From: Candidatus Poribacteria bacterium | GTDB taxonomy: Bacteria; Poribacteria; WGA-4E; PCPOR2b | Length of the DNA: 64,000 nt | Assembly: GCA_965198175.1 (NCBI GenBank) | Contig: OZ240245.1 | Location: 64,001-128,000 of the forward strand | Reading direction: 5' to 3' | Shown here: in pieces, positions 27,761 to 37,815 of the stretch | Position numbering within the stretch: the stretch's first letter is position 1 | How the letters are laid out: each line of letters opens with the position of its first letter | Notes under the pieces: model-generated | What the model was told of the DNA's origin: nothing | The model's database searches: none | The model's input: only the letters and a program-made list of their open reading frames with translations | Position numbers and translations under genes: made by a program

Positions 27761-28513
27761 ATGAAACGTCAATTGTTGTTGAGTTTTGTTTCAGCCCTTG
27801 TTGTTTTGGTGTGGGGATTAGTTTCGCCGGTATCCGCTGATCTCGAAGCGGGGCTCCTTGCTCACTTCGATTTTGAGGGTGATGGGGATGTCCTGATGGA
27901 CGTCACTGGAAATGGGAATGACGGCTCGATTGTCAGCGCCGAGCGGTCGGATGACGGCTATCAAGGCGGTAAATGCCTGCGCTTTGCCGACCCCGACAGA
28001 AAGGCGTCGATTCCCGGCGCCGGTGTTCTGGTTACAGATGGGTTTACGGTCGCCATCTGGGTCAATCAGGAATCCTTTGACCCCGAGGGTGAAAATCGAC
28101 TGATTTACAAACACGGTCAATATAATTTCGATCTTCTGCGGGGAGGCGGCCGCCTTGAAATCCGAGCGGAAGGCGGATGGCACGGTACTGCTCCCGCTGA
28201 GCCGTTGAGCGTGAACGAGTGGCATCTCGTCGTAGCGACGCTCGACGGACAAGAATCGACGCACTACATTGATGGCGAAGTTGTTGGCGGAAACAGCGGA
28301 ATCCCTGGACCAATCGAGCAAACCGAATCCGATATTGCGCTGGGGAATATCGGACTGAATTCGTTTGTGGGTTGCATGGATAACTTGCGTGTCTACAATC
28401 GCGCACTCAGTGCTGATGAAGTATCGTCGTTGTTTCTAGGCAGCGACGGGGAAGCCGTTTCGCCTGATGGGTCACTTGTGACCACATGGGCAACAATTAA
28501 ACACGCCCCGTAG
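27761..28513 (+). CDS. Secreted LamG-like jellyroll protein with AVSPDGSLVTTWATIK tail
   Basis: Signal peptide, DVTGNGNDG, EWHLVVAT, MDNLRVYNRALS. Confidence 0.88.
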   Translation: MKRQLLLSFVSALVVLVWGLVSPVSADLEAGLLAHFDFEGDGDVLMDVTGNGNDGSIVSAERSDDGYQGGKCLRFADPDRKASIPGAGVLVTDGFTVAIWVNQESFDPEGENRLIYKHGQYNFDLLRGGGRLEIRAEGGWHGTAPAEPLSVNEWHLVVATLDGQESTHYIDGEVVGGNSGIPGPIEQTESDIALGNIGLNSFVGCMDNLRVYNRALSADEVSSLFLGSDGEAVSPDGSLVTTWATIKHAP

Positions 28514-28532
28514 TAGACTCCCAGCCTCACAA

Positions 28533-28584
28533 TCCAATAGATTGAGAAGAGGTAGGAATATTTCCTGATTCTCGATCTATTGGA
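28533..28584. other. Long intergenic hairpin between the tandem LamG genes
   Basis: TCCAATAGATTGAGAA...TTCTCGATCTATTGGA with inner AGGAA/TTCCT. Confidence 0.55.
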
Positions 28585-28649
28585 CTCTTACGCAGGAATG
28601 TCGATGATGCTATTGGTCAGTTTATAATTTAGATTTAGGAGGAGAAAAA

Positions 28650-29402
28650 ATGAAATGCCAATTCCTGTTCTATGTTGCGGCGGCGCTCGTTTTGCTGTTA
28701 GGAGCATGGGTATCGTACGCCCCCGCCGCCCTGGAAGACGGACTCGTAGGTTATTATCAGTTCGAGGGGAATGATGATGGTCTCAAAGACTCGAGTGGTA
28801 ATGAGAACCACGGTAGAAATCTGAGCGCCGAGCGGACGGATGATGGTAAATTCGGTAAAGGATTACGCTTTAACAACAACCAGCAGGGAGCCATGATTCC
28901 TGGGTCAGATTCTCTATTGGTCAAAAACGACGAATTCACCGTTGCCTTCTGGGCTTTTCCGGAAATTATTCCGGAAGGTGAAAATCGAGCCATCTACAAA
29001 CACCAACAATACAACGTCGATCTTCTTCATGGCGGCGGCAGGATGGAAATTCGGGTCGCTAATGCCTGGAAAGGGACTGGTGTAGGTAATGTGATGGAAG
29101 TGAACGAGTGGCACCTAATCGTGGCTACTGTATTTGAGGAGACAGGAACTTACTATACCGATGGTGTCCGACAGGGTCAGGTTCAAGGCATCTTTAAGAT
29201 CGATGTTAATGTATCAGACATCCAAATCGGGTTCATGAGCTTGAATTCGTATGTGGGTGTAATGGACGAACTTCGGATCTACAATCGTGGATTTGACGAA
29301 GATGAAGTATTGGAGTTGTTTGAATTAGAGCCGGGAGAACAAGCCGTAAACCCCCGTCATTCAATGACTACCGCATGGGGTGCGATAAAGTACCTGCGTT
29401 AA
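28650..29402 (+). CDS. Secreted LamG-like jellyroll protein (tandem paralog) with AVNPRHSMTTAWGAIK tail
   Basis: Shares ENR.IYKH.QYN.DLL.GGGR.EIR and VNEWHL with the upstream gene. Confidence 0.88.
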   Translation: MKCQFLFYVAAALVLLLGAWVSYAPAALEDGLVGYYQFEGNDDGLKDSSGNENHGRNLSAERTDDGKFGKGLRFNNNQQGAMIPGSDSLLVKNDEFTVAFWAFPEIIPEGENRAIYKHQQYNVDLLHGGGRMEIRVANAWKGTGVGNVMEVNEWHLIVATVFEETGTYYTDGVRQGQVQGIFKIDVNVSDIQIGFMSLNSYVGVMDELRIYNRGFDEDEVLELFELEPGEQAVNPRHSMTTAWGAIKYLR

Positions 29403-29404
29403 TA

Positions 29405-29431
29405 CCCAGCCTCGGGTAAGTTGGGCTTTTT
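29405..29431 (+). terminator. Probable terminator after the LamG pair
   Basis: CCCAGC...GTTGGG then C and T5. Confidence 0.45.
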
Positions 29432-30119
29432 GTAAGCGATTGTCCTCACGAACGAAATGACGAATCTCTTTCGCCTAAGACCAGTTTGGGGCGGCGGATG
29501 GCAAGTTTGTGGGGGGCGAACCTTTCCCTGAAAGACTCGATCTGACCAGTCTACAGGAAAAATGCGTATCGCTTTGTCGAGCGAGGGAAAATTTGCCCCG
29601 TCGCACTCACGCTGGATGAAATCGGCGGAGACGGCTATACTGTAGGGGGTAGTATATCGGCATTCCAACCTGCTCTCGCACATTTCGCTAGAAGGCACCC
29701 CCTCTTTCCGCTAAATGCCGAAGGAAAGAAATAAGACATCAAGTAGGCATCTGGTTTCTCAAGAGTTATTTGTTTGCCCGGGCTCTTATTCACACCTGAA
29801 GAGAGCATAATGCAAATCGAGCTCGTGTTGGAATTCGCAGTCTAAGCCCCGAATACCGTCAAGCCACAAAGAATATTGAGTTCTCAGGCACATTGGGATG
29901 CTCAGAGGTGTGCGCCCATGCCGGATGAAGATAATAGTCTCTCAAAACCCCCTTCTCGTCACCCTTCCTGGAATCCTCATCAAATGTATCTCATCCCAAC
30001 ACCCGCCACATTTGACTGAACTGGTCAGATTGTTCCCTCCAACTCGATTCCATTCCAAGGTTGTTTTACATTGAAGCTAAGAGAATTCAAAAGTTCAGAT
30101 CGCGGTGGCGATAAACACT

Positions 30120-31121
30120 ATGAAATCGAAAACTATCGTATTCACGGGCAAACAGCGTTCAGAGATTATCGAAGATGAAATATCTGCCCCCGGTCCTGAC
30201 GAAATGTTGGTACGAACAACAGTAAGTTTAATCAGTACTGGCACGGAGTGTTTCTGTTTTCGCGGCGAATTTGACGAAGACACGGTGTGGTCGAAATGGG
30301 TGAAATACCCATTCTATCCGGGCTACAGCGCGGTTGGCGAAGTGATGGAGGTTGGAGGGAATATTTCCCAGTTCAAAAAGGGAGATAGCGTTTATACGGG
30401 CGGTGCACACGCTGAATATCGATTGGTTCGTCCCGAACATGTAATCCGATTGCCAGAAGGTATCACAGACGAAGCTGCCTCTTGGTCAACTTTGGCGTTT
30501 ATCACGCAGACTGCGGTGCGTCGAGCGGAACACACGATGGGCGACACCGCAGTGGTCGTCGGTCTGGGGCCTTTGGGACAGTTAGTGACGCAATATCTTG
30601 GAATAATCGGGCTACGTGCCATTCTTGCAGTTGACACTGTCTCTCAACGACTGGAAACGGCTGCTCATTTCGGAGCAACAGCGACCTTCAACGGCATTGC
30701 GGCTGATGCGCGAAACTTCGTTGCAGAGCACACCGAAGGCAAACTCGCCGATGTCGTGTACGACGTGACGGGCAACTGGAAAGTCTTTCCGACAGCACTG
30801 CCACTCGCCCGCGATTTCGGTCGGACCGTGCTATTGGGCGATTCACCGGAGCCGTCCAAACAACATTTAACGCAGGACATCCTCGCTCGGCAGGTTACAG
30901 TGATTGGCACGCACAACGCTAGACTTCAACCCCAATATGCTCACTGGACGAGAGATCGCCAAATCGGGCTGTTTTATGAATATATCAAACGAGGAGTTTT
31001 GCACCTGGATGACTTAATCACACACCGATACCAACCCGATGAAGCCGCTCAAGTCTACCGACAACTCCTACACCATAGGCGCGGAACACTTGGCGCTCTA
31101 TTCGATTGGAGACCATTGTAG
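30120..31121 (+). CDS. MDR-family Zn-binding dehydrogenase
   Basis: SLISTGTE, YPGYSAVGEV, GLGPLGQ, LITHRY; likely start MKSKTIVF. Confidence 0.88.
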   Translation: MKSKTIVFTGKQRSEIIEDEISAPGPDEMLVRTTVSLISTGTECFCFRGEFDEDTVWSKWVKYPFYPGYSAVGEVMEVGGNISQFKKGDSVYTGGAHAEYRLVRPEHVIRLPEGITDEAASWSTLAFITQTAVRRAEHTMGDTAVVVGLGPLGQLVTQYLGIIGLRAILAVDTVSQRLETAAHFGATATFNGIAADARNFVAEHTEGKLADVVYDVTGNWKVFPTALPLARDFGRTVLLGDSPEPSKQHLTQDILARQVTVIGTHNARLQPQYAHWTRDRQIGLFYEYIKRGVLHLDDLITHRYQPDEAAQVYRQLLHHRRGTLGALFDWRPL

Positions 31122-31211
31122 TGTTGGCGCGAACCAACCATCGAGCTGACAATGGAACACAAAACAGGAAAATGAACGATCCCCAACGTCAAGAAACGAA
31201 CTCTGGAGGTC

Positions 31212-31754
31212 ATGATGATTATCGCAACATTGGACTTGGAAAACCCTGACCACTTACAACTGGTTAAAGGGCAGTGGCGCTATGCCGATGGGCTGGTTCC
31301 GGGAGAGCCTAACGGCGGTCTAGTCGACCAACTCATGCAATCCCCGGCGCGGCTAGCGGACTATGACGATTCTGGCTGGACGGTATGCCAGAACTTACAA
31401 GAGGGAGTTTCAAAAGGCTTTTGCTTCGGCTGGTATCGTATCGGGGTCACACTACCGGAAGGGGTCGGTGGTGTGAACATTCGTGGCACCCAGATGTGGT
31501 TTGCGACCTGCGTTGACGATTACGGCGAAATCTGGATTGACGGCGAGTGTGACATTGCGTACGGGGAGTCCGGGCGTGGTGCAATATCGGGCCACAACGC
31601 ACCACAGCGTGTGCAAATCTGCGAGACTGCGCATCCGGGTGACCGGCACGTCATCGCGTGTCTCGCAGTTAACGGTCCAATCGCGTGCCCGGGCGGTGGT
31701 ATCTACCTTCGCTACGCGAGGTTAGAGTTTGGGCGGGTCGATTCACAGCCATAA
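31212..31754 (+). CDS. Hypothetical protein, possible galactose-binding-like jellyroll
   Basis: GGAGG RBS; DYDDSGW, GWYR and VDDYGEIWIDG resemble glycosidase sugar-binding domains. Confidence 0.65.
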   Translation: MMIIATLDLENPDHLQLVKGQWRYADGLVPGEPNGGLVDQLMQSPARLADYDDSGWTVCQNLQEGVSKGFCFGWYRIGVTLPEGVGGVNIRGTQMWFATCVDDYGEIWIDGECDIAYGESGRGAISGHNAPQRVQICETAHPGDRHVIACLAVNGPIACPGGGIYLRYARLEFGRVDSQP

Positions 31755-31904
31755 TTGACACGGGCAAGCCGTAGTGAATGAGCAGACTCGATCCAATCCG
31801 AATTTATCGACGGATACACTTTACTGCAATCTCCAACAGCGAACTTTTGAGCCCACCGCTCCATATCCCCACCTTCGCTAAGCATTGTTTAGCATATCAA
31901 AAAG

Positions 31905-33848
31905 ATGACATCTCCTTCACCCACGAGAAGTGTGACTCTCCGCGCCGTGCTGATTGCGCTCATTCTTACCGTCCCCAACACCTACTGGCTGATGATCAGT
32001 TGGGGAACAGGCGGGTATGCCAGTGGTCAAAGCTTTCCCACCGTTGTTTCGTTGTACTTCAACGCCATTTTCATCCTTCTGCTGCTGATTGGTTGGAACT
32101 ATCTGACTCGTTTCGTCGCCCCTCGCAAACAGTTCAGTGATGGTGAGTTAATCGTCGTCTATCTGCTACTCGCGGTAGCATCATCCCTCGCCGGGCACGA
32201 TATGCTCCAGTTGCTCTGGCCTCTTATACCCCATTCAATCTGGTTTGCAACACCGGAAAACGAGTGGGCAGAATTATTCCATCATCTTATTCCCGATTGG
32301 CTAACGGTCAAAGATCGGGATGCACTCGTCCCATTTTATCAAGGGGAATCGACGCTGCATGTTTGGAGCCATCTGGGGCTTTGGATTAGACCTGTATTCT
32401 GGTGGTCCTCCTTAATTGTTGTTCTGACGTGGATGATGCTCTGTCTGACAGTGCTCGTGCAACGGCAATGGGTCTACAGGGAAAAACTCACTTATCCTGT
32501 CATCCAGATTCCGATCCAGCTTACCGAACGGAATGGGTACGCGTTGTTCAGAAACAGGTTGTTTTGGATAGGGTTCATCTTGGCAGGGAGCATGAACCTG
32601 ATCAACGGTCTCCATTTTCTATTCCCGGTTGTGCCCAGCGTCGGGGGGATAGGCCACAATCCCTCTAAAGTAGGATTTGACTTGGGGCAACTTTTTACAG
32701 AAAAACCGTTCAACGCAATTGGCTATACACCGCTCGCAGTTTATCCCTTCGTGGTTGGCTTGAGTTTTTTCATTCCGCTCAACCTTTCGTTCTCCATCTG
32801 GTTCTTCTATCTTTTTCGTAAAATAGTTCAGGTTTGGGGAACCATGCTAGGATTGGGACACCTGCCAGGCTTTCCCTTTCCGCACGAGCAGTTGTTCGGT
32901 GCTTGGATCGCACTCGGGATTGCTGCAGTATGGTTAACCCGAAGATTTCTGATTGAGCAGATTAAGACCGCCTTTCGGCGCAGCGACGAAGATACCGAGC
33001 ATGTTCGCATCGTAAGGCAGGCGGCGATCGGCTTCGCTTCAGGTGTGCTTTTTGTCTTGTTCTTCTGTTTCAGTGCCGGGGTTTCAGCTATTCACGCCTT
33101 AGCGTATTTTGGTTTATTCTTTGCGCTTGCGCTTGCGATTACCCGTGTCCGCGCTGAACTTGGGCCACCCACGCATGATGTCCTCTGGCATCCTGGCGGT
33201 GCTTTAATCTCCTTTTTGGGAACACGCCGATTCGGCGGAAAAAGCTTGACGCTCTTCACGTTTTTTCGTGGCTTCAACCGATCATACCGCTGTCACCCAA
33301 TGCCGGTTATGCTCGAAGGCTTCAAAGCGGCAGAATTGCGCAGCATCTCTCCAAGCAAGTTGGTTGCTGCAATCATGCTAGTAACTGTCGTCGGCACAAT
33401 CTCGTCCGCTTGGGCATACTATGCACAGGGCTACCGTTACGGCGCTGCGGTCTACGGAGAGCAGTGGATTCGGGGGGCGTTTCTCGGTCAGTTGCGCGTT
33501 TGGTTGACAACCCCTCAGGATGCGGCACCGCTGGAAATCTCGGCGTCGATTGGAGCGTTCGCGTTTACCGGGCTACTCACAGGGCTGCACCGCCGGTTTA
33601 TCTGGTGGCCCTTTCACCCGGCTGGCTATGCAATCGGGATAGGCTATCAGACCATGAACTGGTACTGGGGCTCTATCCTTCTGAGTTGGTTGATGAAGCT
33701 AATTATATTCCGGATTGGTGGAATTCGCGCCTATCGGAAAGGGGTTCCGTTTTTTACCGGGCTTGTACTGGGTGAGTTTCTTATCGGAGCACTCTGGAGT
33801 TTAACCGGTGTCATCCTGGATCGCCCGATGTATCGCTTTATGTTTTAG
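31905..33848 (+). CDS. Polytopic membrane protein (DUF6785/DUF6784-like, putative transporter)
   Basis: Many TM helices; ATPENEW, QW...EKLTYP, RVRAELGPP, WWPFHPAGY, PFFTGLVLGE. Confidence 0.8.
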   Translation: MTSPSPTRSVTLRAVLIALILTVPNTYWLMISWGTGGYASGQSFPTVVSLYFNAIFILLLLIGWNYLTRFVAPRKQFSDGELIVVYLLLAVASSLAGHDMLQLLWPLIPHSIWFATPENEWAELFHHLIPDWLTVKDRDALVPFYQGESTLHVWSHLGLWIRPVFWWSSLIVVLTWMMLCLTVLVQRQWVYREKLTYPVIQIPIQLTERNGYALFRNRLFWIGFILAGSMNLINGLHFLFPVVPSVGGIGHNPSKVGFDLGQLFTEKPFNAIGYTPLAVYPFVVGLSFFIPLNLSFSIWFFYLFRKIVQVWGTMLGLGHLPGFPFPHEQLFGAWIALGIAAVWLTRRFLIEQIKTAFRRSDEDTEHVRIVRQAAIGFASGVLFVLFFCFSAGVSAIHALAYFGLFFALALAITRVRAELGPPTHDVLWHPGGALISFLGTRRFGGKSLTLFTFFRGFNRSYRCHPMPVMLEGFKAAELRSISPSKLVAAIMLVTVVGTISSAWAYYAQGYRYGAAVYGEQWIRGAFLGQLRVWLTTPQDAAPLEISASIGAFAFTGLLTGLHRRFIWWPFHPAGYAIGIGYQTMNWYWGSILLSWLMKLIIFRIGGIRAYRKGVPFFTGLVLGEFLIGALWSLTGVILDRPMYRFMF

Positions 33849-33927
33849 GTTGCGAATGGACAGTGCATAAGGAGAAGTGATACAATACCGTTAACCGTGA
33901 TTAGATGATTAGATAAGGAGAATAGAA

Positions 33928-35841
33928 CTGCTGCAAACGAAAGGGGAAATATCATATTTTCGCGCCTTTCTTCTTGGCATCCTGCTGATACCGATAAATC
34001 TCTATTGGATTATGCAGGCGGAGACGATATATCGCCCTGTTTTTTCAACCCTATTTACCCTCTTTTACAATGTAACGTTCAGTCTCTTTGTATTAGTGGT
34101 ATTAAACGCGCTGCTCAAACGGTACACACCGAGGCTCGCCCTCCAACCGAGTGAACTGCTAATCATCTACGTCATGCTTTCCATCGCCACGGCTATCTTT
34201 GGGCATGATCTGATGCTCGTGATGATTCAAAATCTCACTGCCTTCTGGTTCGCCACCCCCGAAAATGAATGGTCGATTCTTTATGGTAGACATCTGCCCC
34301 AATGGCTGAGTGTGGTTGATGAAAAGGCACTCTTAAGCTATTATGAAGGAGAGTCAACGCTTTATCTTGCTATGCACCTCAAAGCCTGGCTGATTCCCGC
34401 CGCGTTTTGGGGCGGCTTTCTGATTGTGCTCCTCTTCGTACTGGTGTGCATCAACACCATCGTCCGAAAACAGTGGACGGAAAACGAAAAGTTGTCCTAT
34501 CCGGTAATCCAACTGCCGCTGGAATTGGCGAGAGGCGGCACGGGTCTACTTGGCAATCGTCATCTATGGATTGGATTTGCGATCGCGGGTGGGATAGATT
34601 TAATCAACGGTCTACACGGCATCTTTCCTGTACTGCCAAGTATAAAGCCGACCTACAATATTGCGCCGCTCTTTACCACGAAGCCGTGGAATGCTATTGG
34701 TTGGACGCCTGTAGCAATCTATCCCTTTGTAGTGGGATTGAGTTACTTTTTGCCCTTAAATTTGGCGTTTTCGGCGTGGTTCTTCCATGTATTCTGGAAG
34801 GCAGAACTGATTTTTCGGAAGGCGGTTGGGCTGTGGGGCGCACCTGGTCCGTATCGCAGTTTTGAAACGTCAGGTGCCTGGATGGTGTTGGCTGTTTTTG
34901 TGTTATGTGGAAATTGGAAATACCTCAAACAGGTGCTCAGTCGCGCTATCCGTGGCAATCATCATTGCAACAAGCCATATGCCGAGGAGCCGATGAGCTA
35001 CCGAGCGGCAACGATGGGGCTAATACTTGGAATAATCGCTCTAGTGGTCAGTCTCGCATACGCTGGTATGTCCGCTTGGGTTGCCGCCTTGTTTCTTCTA
35101 ATCTATCTTGTCTACTCCATCGCACTTGCCCGTGTTCGGGCGGAGATTGGACCACCTTCTCACGACGCCGAGATGATTGGTCCAGAGATGGTTCTACTCA
35201 ACAGTCTCGGCGCACGTCGCATCGGTGTACGGAGTATCACAATGTTCAGTCGTACCTATTGGATGAGCCGAGCATATCGCTCCCATCCGGTAGGTCACCA
35301 ACTGGAAGGTTTCAAAATCGCACAGACGATTGGGGCTTCTAGCCGCACCTTCTTGGCTGCAATGATTGTCGCCTCTGTTATTGGAACGCTTGCGGGTTTT
35401 TGGGCGTTTCTGGATAATATGTACCGGCACGGTGCAGGGAACGTCTATCATAATATCGGCGGCGAGTCGTTCCGTCGTTTGGAAGTTTGGCTGCAAAATC
35501 CGCTGGCGGAGAATAATCTTATGCTCAGAGATGTGGGGTTAGGAGCTGCCATAACGGCGTTACTCACGGTGCTTCATCAGCGGTTTGTTGGGTTTCCTTT
35601 TCACCCGGTCGGCTATGCAGTTGCCTGTGGATGGGTGATGAGTATAGCCTGGTTTTCAATCTTCTTTTCGTGGCTTGTCAAGTGGGGAATTCTGAAGTTT
35701 GGCGGAATCAGACTCTATCGACAAATGGTGCCGTTCTTTTTGGGGCTAATTCTGGGCCAACACGTTGTTGGAGGATTATGGACAATCATCGGCGAAATCC
35801 GCGGCGCCCATGTGCATCAGTTTTTCCCTTATGCGTTTTGA
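33928..35841 (+). CDS. Second paralogous polytopic membrane protein, probable CTG start
   Basis: Same motifs as 31905..33848; homology extends upstream of ATG 34012; AAGGAG 7 nt before CTG 33928. Confidence 0.78.
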   Translation: MLQTKGEISYFRAFLLGILLIPINLYWIMQAETIYRPVFSTLFTLFYNVTFSLFVLVVLNALLKRYTPRLALQPSELLIIYVMLSIATAIFGHDLMLVMIQNLTAFWFATPENEWSILYGRHLPQWLSVVDEKALLSYYEGESTLYLAMHLKAWLIPAAFWGGFLIVLLFVLVCINTIVRKQWTENEKLSYPVIQLPLELARGGTGLLGNRHLWIGFAIAGGIDLINGLHGIFPVLPSIKPTYNIAPLFTTKPWNAIGWTPVAIYPFVVGLSYFLPLNLAFSAWFFHVFWKAELIFRKAVGLWGAPGPYRSFETSGAWMVLAVFVLCGNWKYLKQVLSRAIRGNHHCNKPYAEEPMSYRAATMGLILGIIALVVSLAYAGMSAWVAALFLLIYLVYSIALARVRAEIGPPSHDAEMIGPEMVLLNSLGARRIGVRSITMFSRTYWMSRAYRSHPVGHQLEGFKIAQTIGASSRTFLAAMIVASVIGTLAGFWAFLDNMYRHGAGNVYHNIGGESFRRLEVWLQNPLAENNLMLRDVGLGAAITALLTVLHQRFVGFPFHPVGYAVACGWVMSIAWFSIFFSWLVKWGILKFGGIRLYRQMVPFFLGLILGQHVVGGLWTIIGEIRGAHVHQFFPYAF

Positions 35842-36027
35842 AAGAGGACTTCGGGCATGAACTTGAGAAGGCAGGTATCCCCAAAACAACTCCTACCCAA
35901 TCGCAAACCAAGAACCTGCAACCTATAAAGCCGGTGATTCCAAAGCCTATGCCCGCAGCTTGCGCTGTGACATTTCTGACTAATTTTTCGATCTGTTGAA
36001 CCGCATACCGTCCCGCCGTTTTTTTGC

Positions 36028-36056
36028 TTGACCGTGTTGTTTCCCTCATGTATAAT
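36028..36056 (+). promoter_or_regulatory. Sigma70 promoter of the pok-pps-ino1 unit
   Basis: TTGACC-17 bp-TATAAT. Confidence 0.7.
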
Positions 36057-36190
36057 TCGTTTCAGGAGCGTACGATTAAACACAGCGAATCTGTGCTTGT
36101 GCCATGGAGAGAGTGGTCTAGTAGTTGGAACGTCAATGCCCGTTCCGTCCGCCGTCAAGAAATCCCACCAAAGTCGAAGAAGCGTCAAGG

Positions 36191-37030
36191 ATGAGAATGG
36201 AACAGGTCAGTGCGTTTGCGCCCAGCAATATCTCATGTGTTTTCAAGGTTGTCCCGCATGAGGACGCGACCAAAATGCACTCGCTTGGGATGGGGTTTAC
36301 CATCAATGAAGGGGTAGTGGTGACGGTTTCTCCGTATAGGCAGACCAGTGTTCTGTTTAATAGCGACGAGATACATTTCCCCACAGTGGTCTCTGCCCTT
36401 CAAAAATTAACACCCCAACCAATCCGCATCGAAATCACCTCGTCACAGCCTTTAGGGTGTGGATTTGGATTGAGCGGTGCCTCTTCGTTAGCCACGGCGT
36501 ATGCAGTAAATGCTTTGCTGAGACTCGGCAGATCTCCAAGGGAGCTAGCGATGATAGCTCACGTGGCTGAGGTGGAGAATTTGACCGGCTTGGGAGATGT
36601 CTGTGCGCAATATCACGGTGGTTGCCTCGTCAAATTAAAGGCAGGTCACCCTCTCTCGGCAGAGCGTTTGCCCGTTCGAGAACAAACTATCTACTATAGA
36701 TATTTCGGTCCCATTCAGACCAAAGACGTCCTCACAAATTCTAAGCAGACTGACAACATCAACAGATCAGCCGATAAGACGTTGAGAAATCTAGAAGAAC
36801 TCGTTAATTCTGAAGCCGTTGACTTCAATACTTGCATCAGATTATCTAAGGAATTCGCTGTCGAAAGCGGACTTTTGAAAGATCGAAATGTCCGATTTAT
36901 CATCGATCAGATTGAAAGTGAGAACGGGTTTGCGTCTATGATAATGCTGGGAAATGCTGTTTTCAGCACCCAACCTTTTGAAGGATCGAAAGAGGCGATG
37001 CTCTCCATAGAACGGGTGAGGTTGTTGTGA
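36191..37030 (+). CDS. pok: Archaeal-type pantoate kinase (GHMP family)
   Basis: AFAPSNISCVF, PLGCGFGLSGA, AHVAEVENLTGLGDV, MIMLGNAVF; coupled to pps. Confidence 0.85.
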   Translation: MRMEQVSAFAPSNISCVFKVVPHEDATKMHSLGMGFTINEGVVVTVSPYRQTSVLFNSDEIHFPTVVSALQKLTPQPIRIEITSSQPLGCGFGLSGASSLATAYAVNALLRLGRSPRELAMIAHVAEVENLTGLGDVCAQYHGGCLVKLKAGHPLSAERLPVREQTIYYRYFGPIQTKDVLTNSKQTDNINRSADKTLRNLEELVNSEAVDFNTCIRLSKEFAVESGLLKDRNVRFIIDQIESENGFASMIMLGNAVFSTQPFEGSKEAMLSIERVRLL

Positions 37031-37761
37031 GCGATGTTCCTGAAGGTCATCCACGGTATAGATCGCTAAAACTACGAGATGATATTGTCGCAGGCGTGGA
37101 GAGCGGGATTACCTCCCGCCATGGTCTGATGGCGCATGGTCGCGGGGAAGCTTTTGACTATCTTATCGGCGAAGAAACGCAACCGTTCGCCAGGCAAGCT
37201 ATTCACACAAGCGCCGCCATGCTCTTGCTTGCGGAACACCCTGTAGTCTCTGTAAATGGCAATGTCGCAGCACTTGTCCCTGATGAAGTGATAGCGTTAG
37301 GAAAGATGCTTAAGGCGCCACTGGAAGTAAATATCTTCCACGCCTCTAAAGCTCGGGAGGAGGCGATACAACAGCATCTATTGAAACACGGTGCAGTTCA
37401 GGTGTTGATGCCTACCACCGCTGCCCAGCTTTCGTTTATCGACTCGAACCGAAAGTTCGTCCATCCAGATGGCATTTTCAGCGCAGATGTCGTATTTGTA
37501 CCGCTCGAAGACGGAGATCGTTGTGAATCGCTACGCAAAATGGGAAAATATGTCGTTACAATAGATCTCAACCCAATGTCACAAACAGCAAACAGATCAA
37601 GCGTGACCATCGTGGACAATGTGGTCAGGGCTTTGCCGCTACTGATTCAGGAGATTCACGCGCTGACACACACTTCGCCGATTGTCTTACATCAGATTGT
37701 TTCTAGATACAGCAACGAAAGGATTTTAGAAACTGCACTGCAATGGATTCGCAGAGCATAA
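37027..37761 (+). CDS. pps: Archaeal-type 4-phosphopantoate--beta-alanine ligase (phosphopantothenate synthetase)
   Basis: HPRYRSL, AHGRGEAFDYLIGE, SVNGNVAAL, VPLEDGDR, IDLNPMS, TIVDNVVRA; GTGA start/stop overlap. Confidence 0.92.
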   Translation: MSDVPEGHPRYRSLKLRDDIVAGVESGITSRHGLMAHGRGEAFDYLIGEETQPFARQAIHTSAAMLLLAEHPVVSVNGNVAALVPDEVIALGKMLKAPLEVNIFHASKAREEAIQQHLLKHGAVQVLMPTTAAQLSFIDSNRKFVHPDGIFSADVVFVPLEDGDRCESLRKMGKYVVTIDLNPMSQTANRSSVTIVDNVVRALPLLIQEIHALTHTSPIVLHQIVSRYSNERILETALQWIRRA

Positions 37762-37815
37762 CGAACTAAACCCCGGTTTACTGGGGTGTTATTAAGATTT
37801 TAAAAGGAGAACCCC

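Noticed and set aside
29430..30090. Long gap as ncRNA or pseudogene
   Set aside because: No recognisable RNA motif or protein family in the short ORFs; left unannotated.
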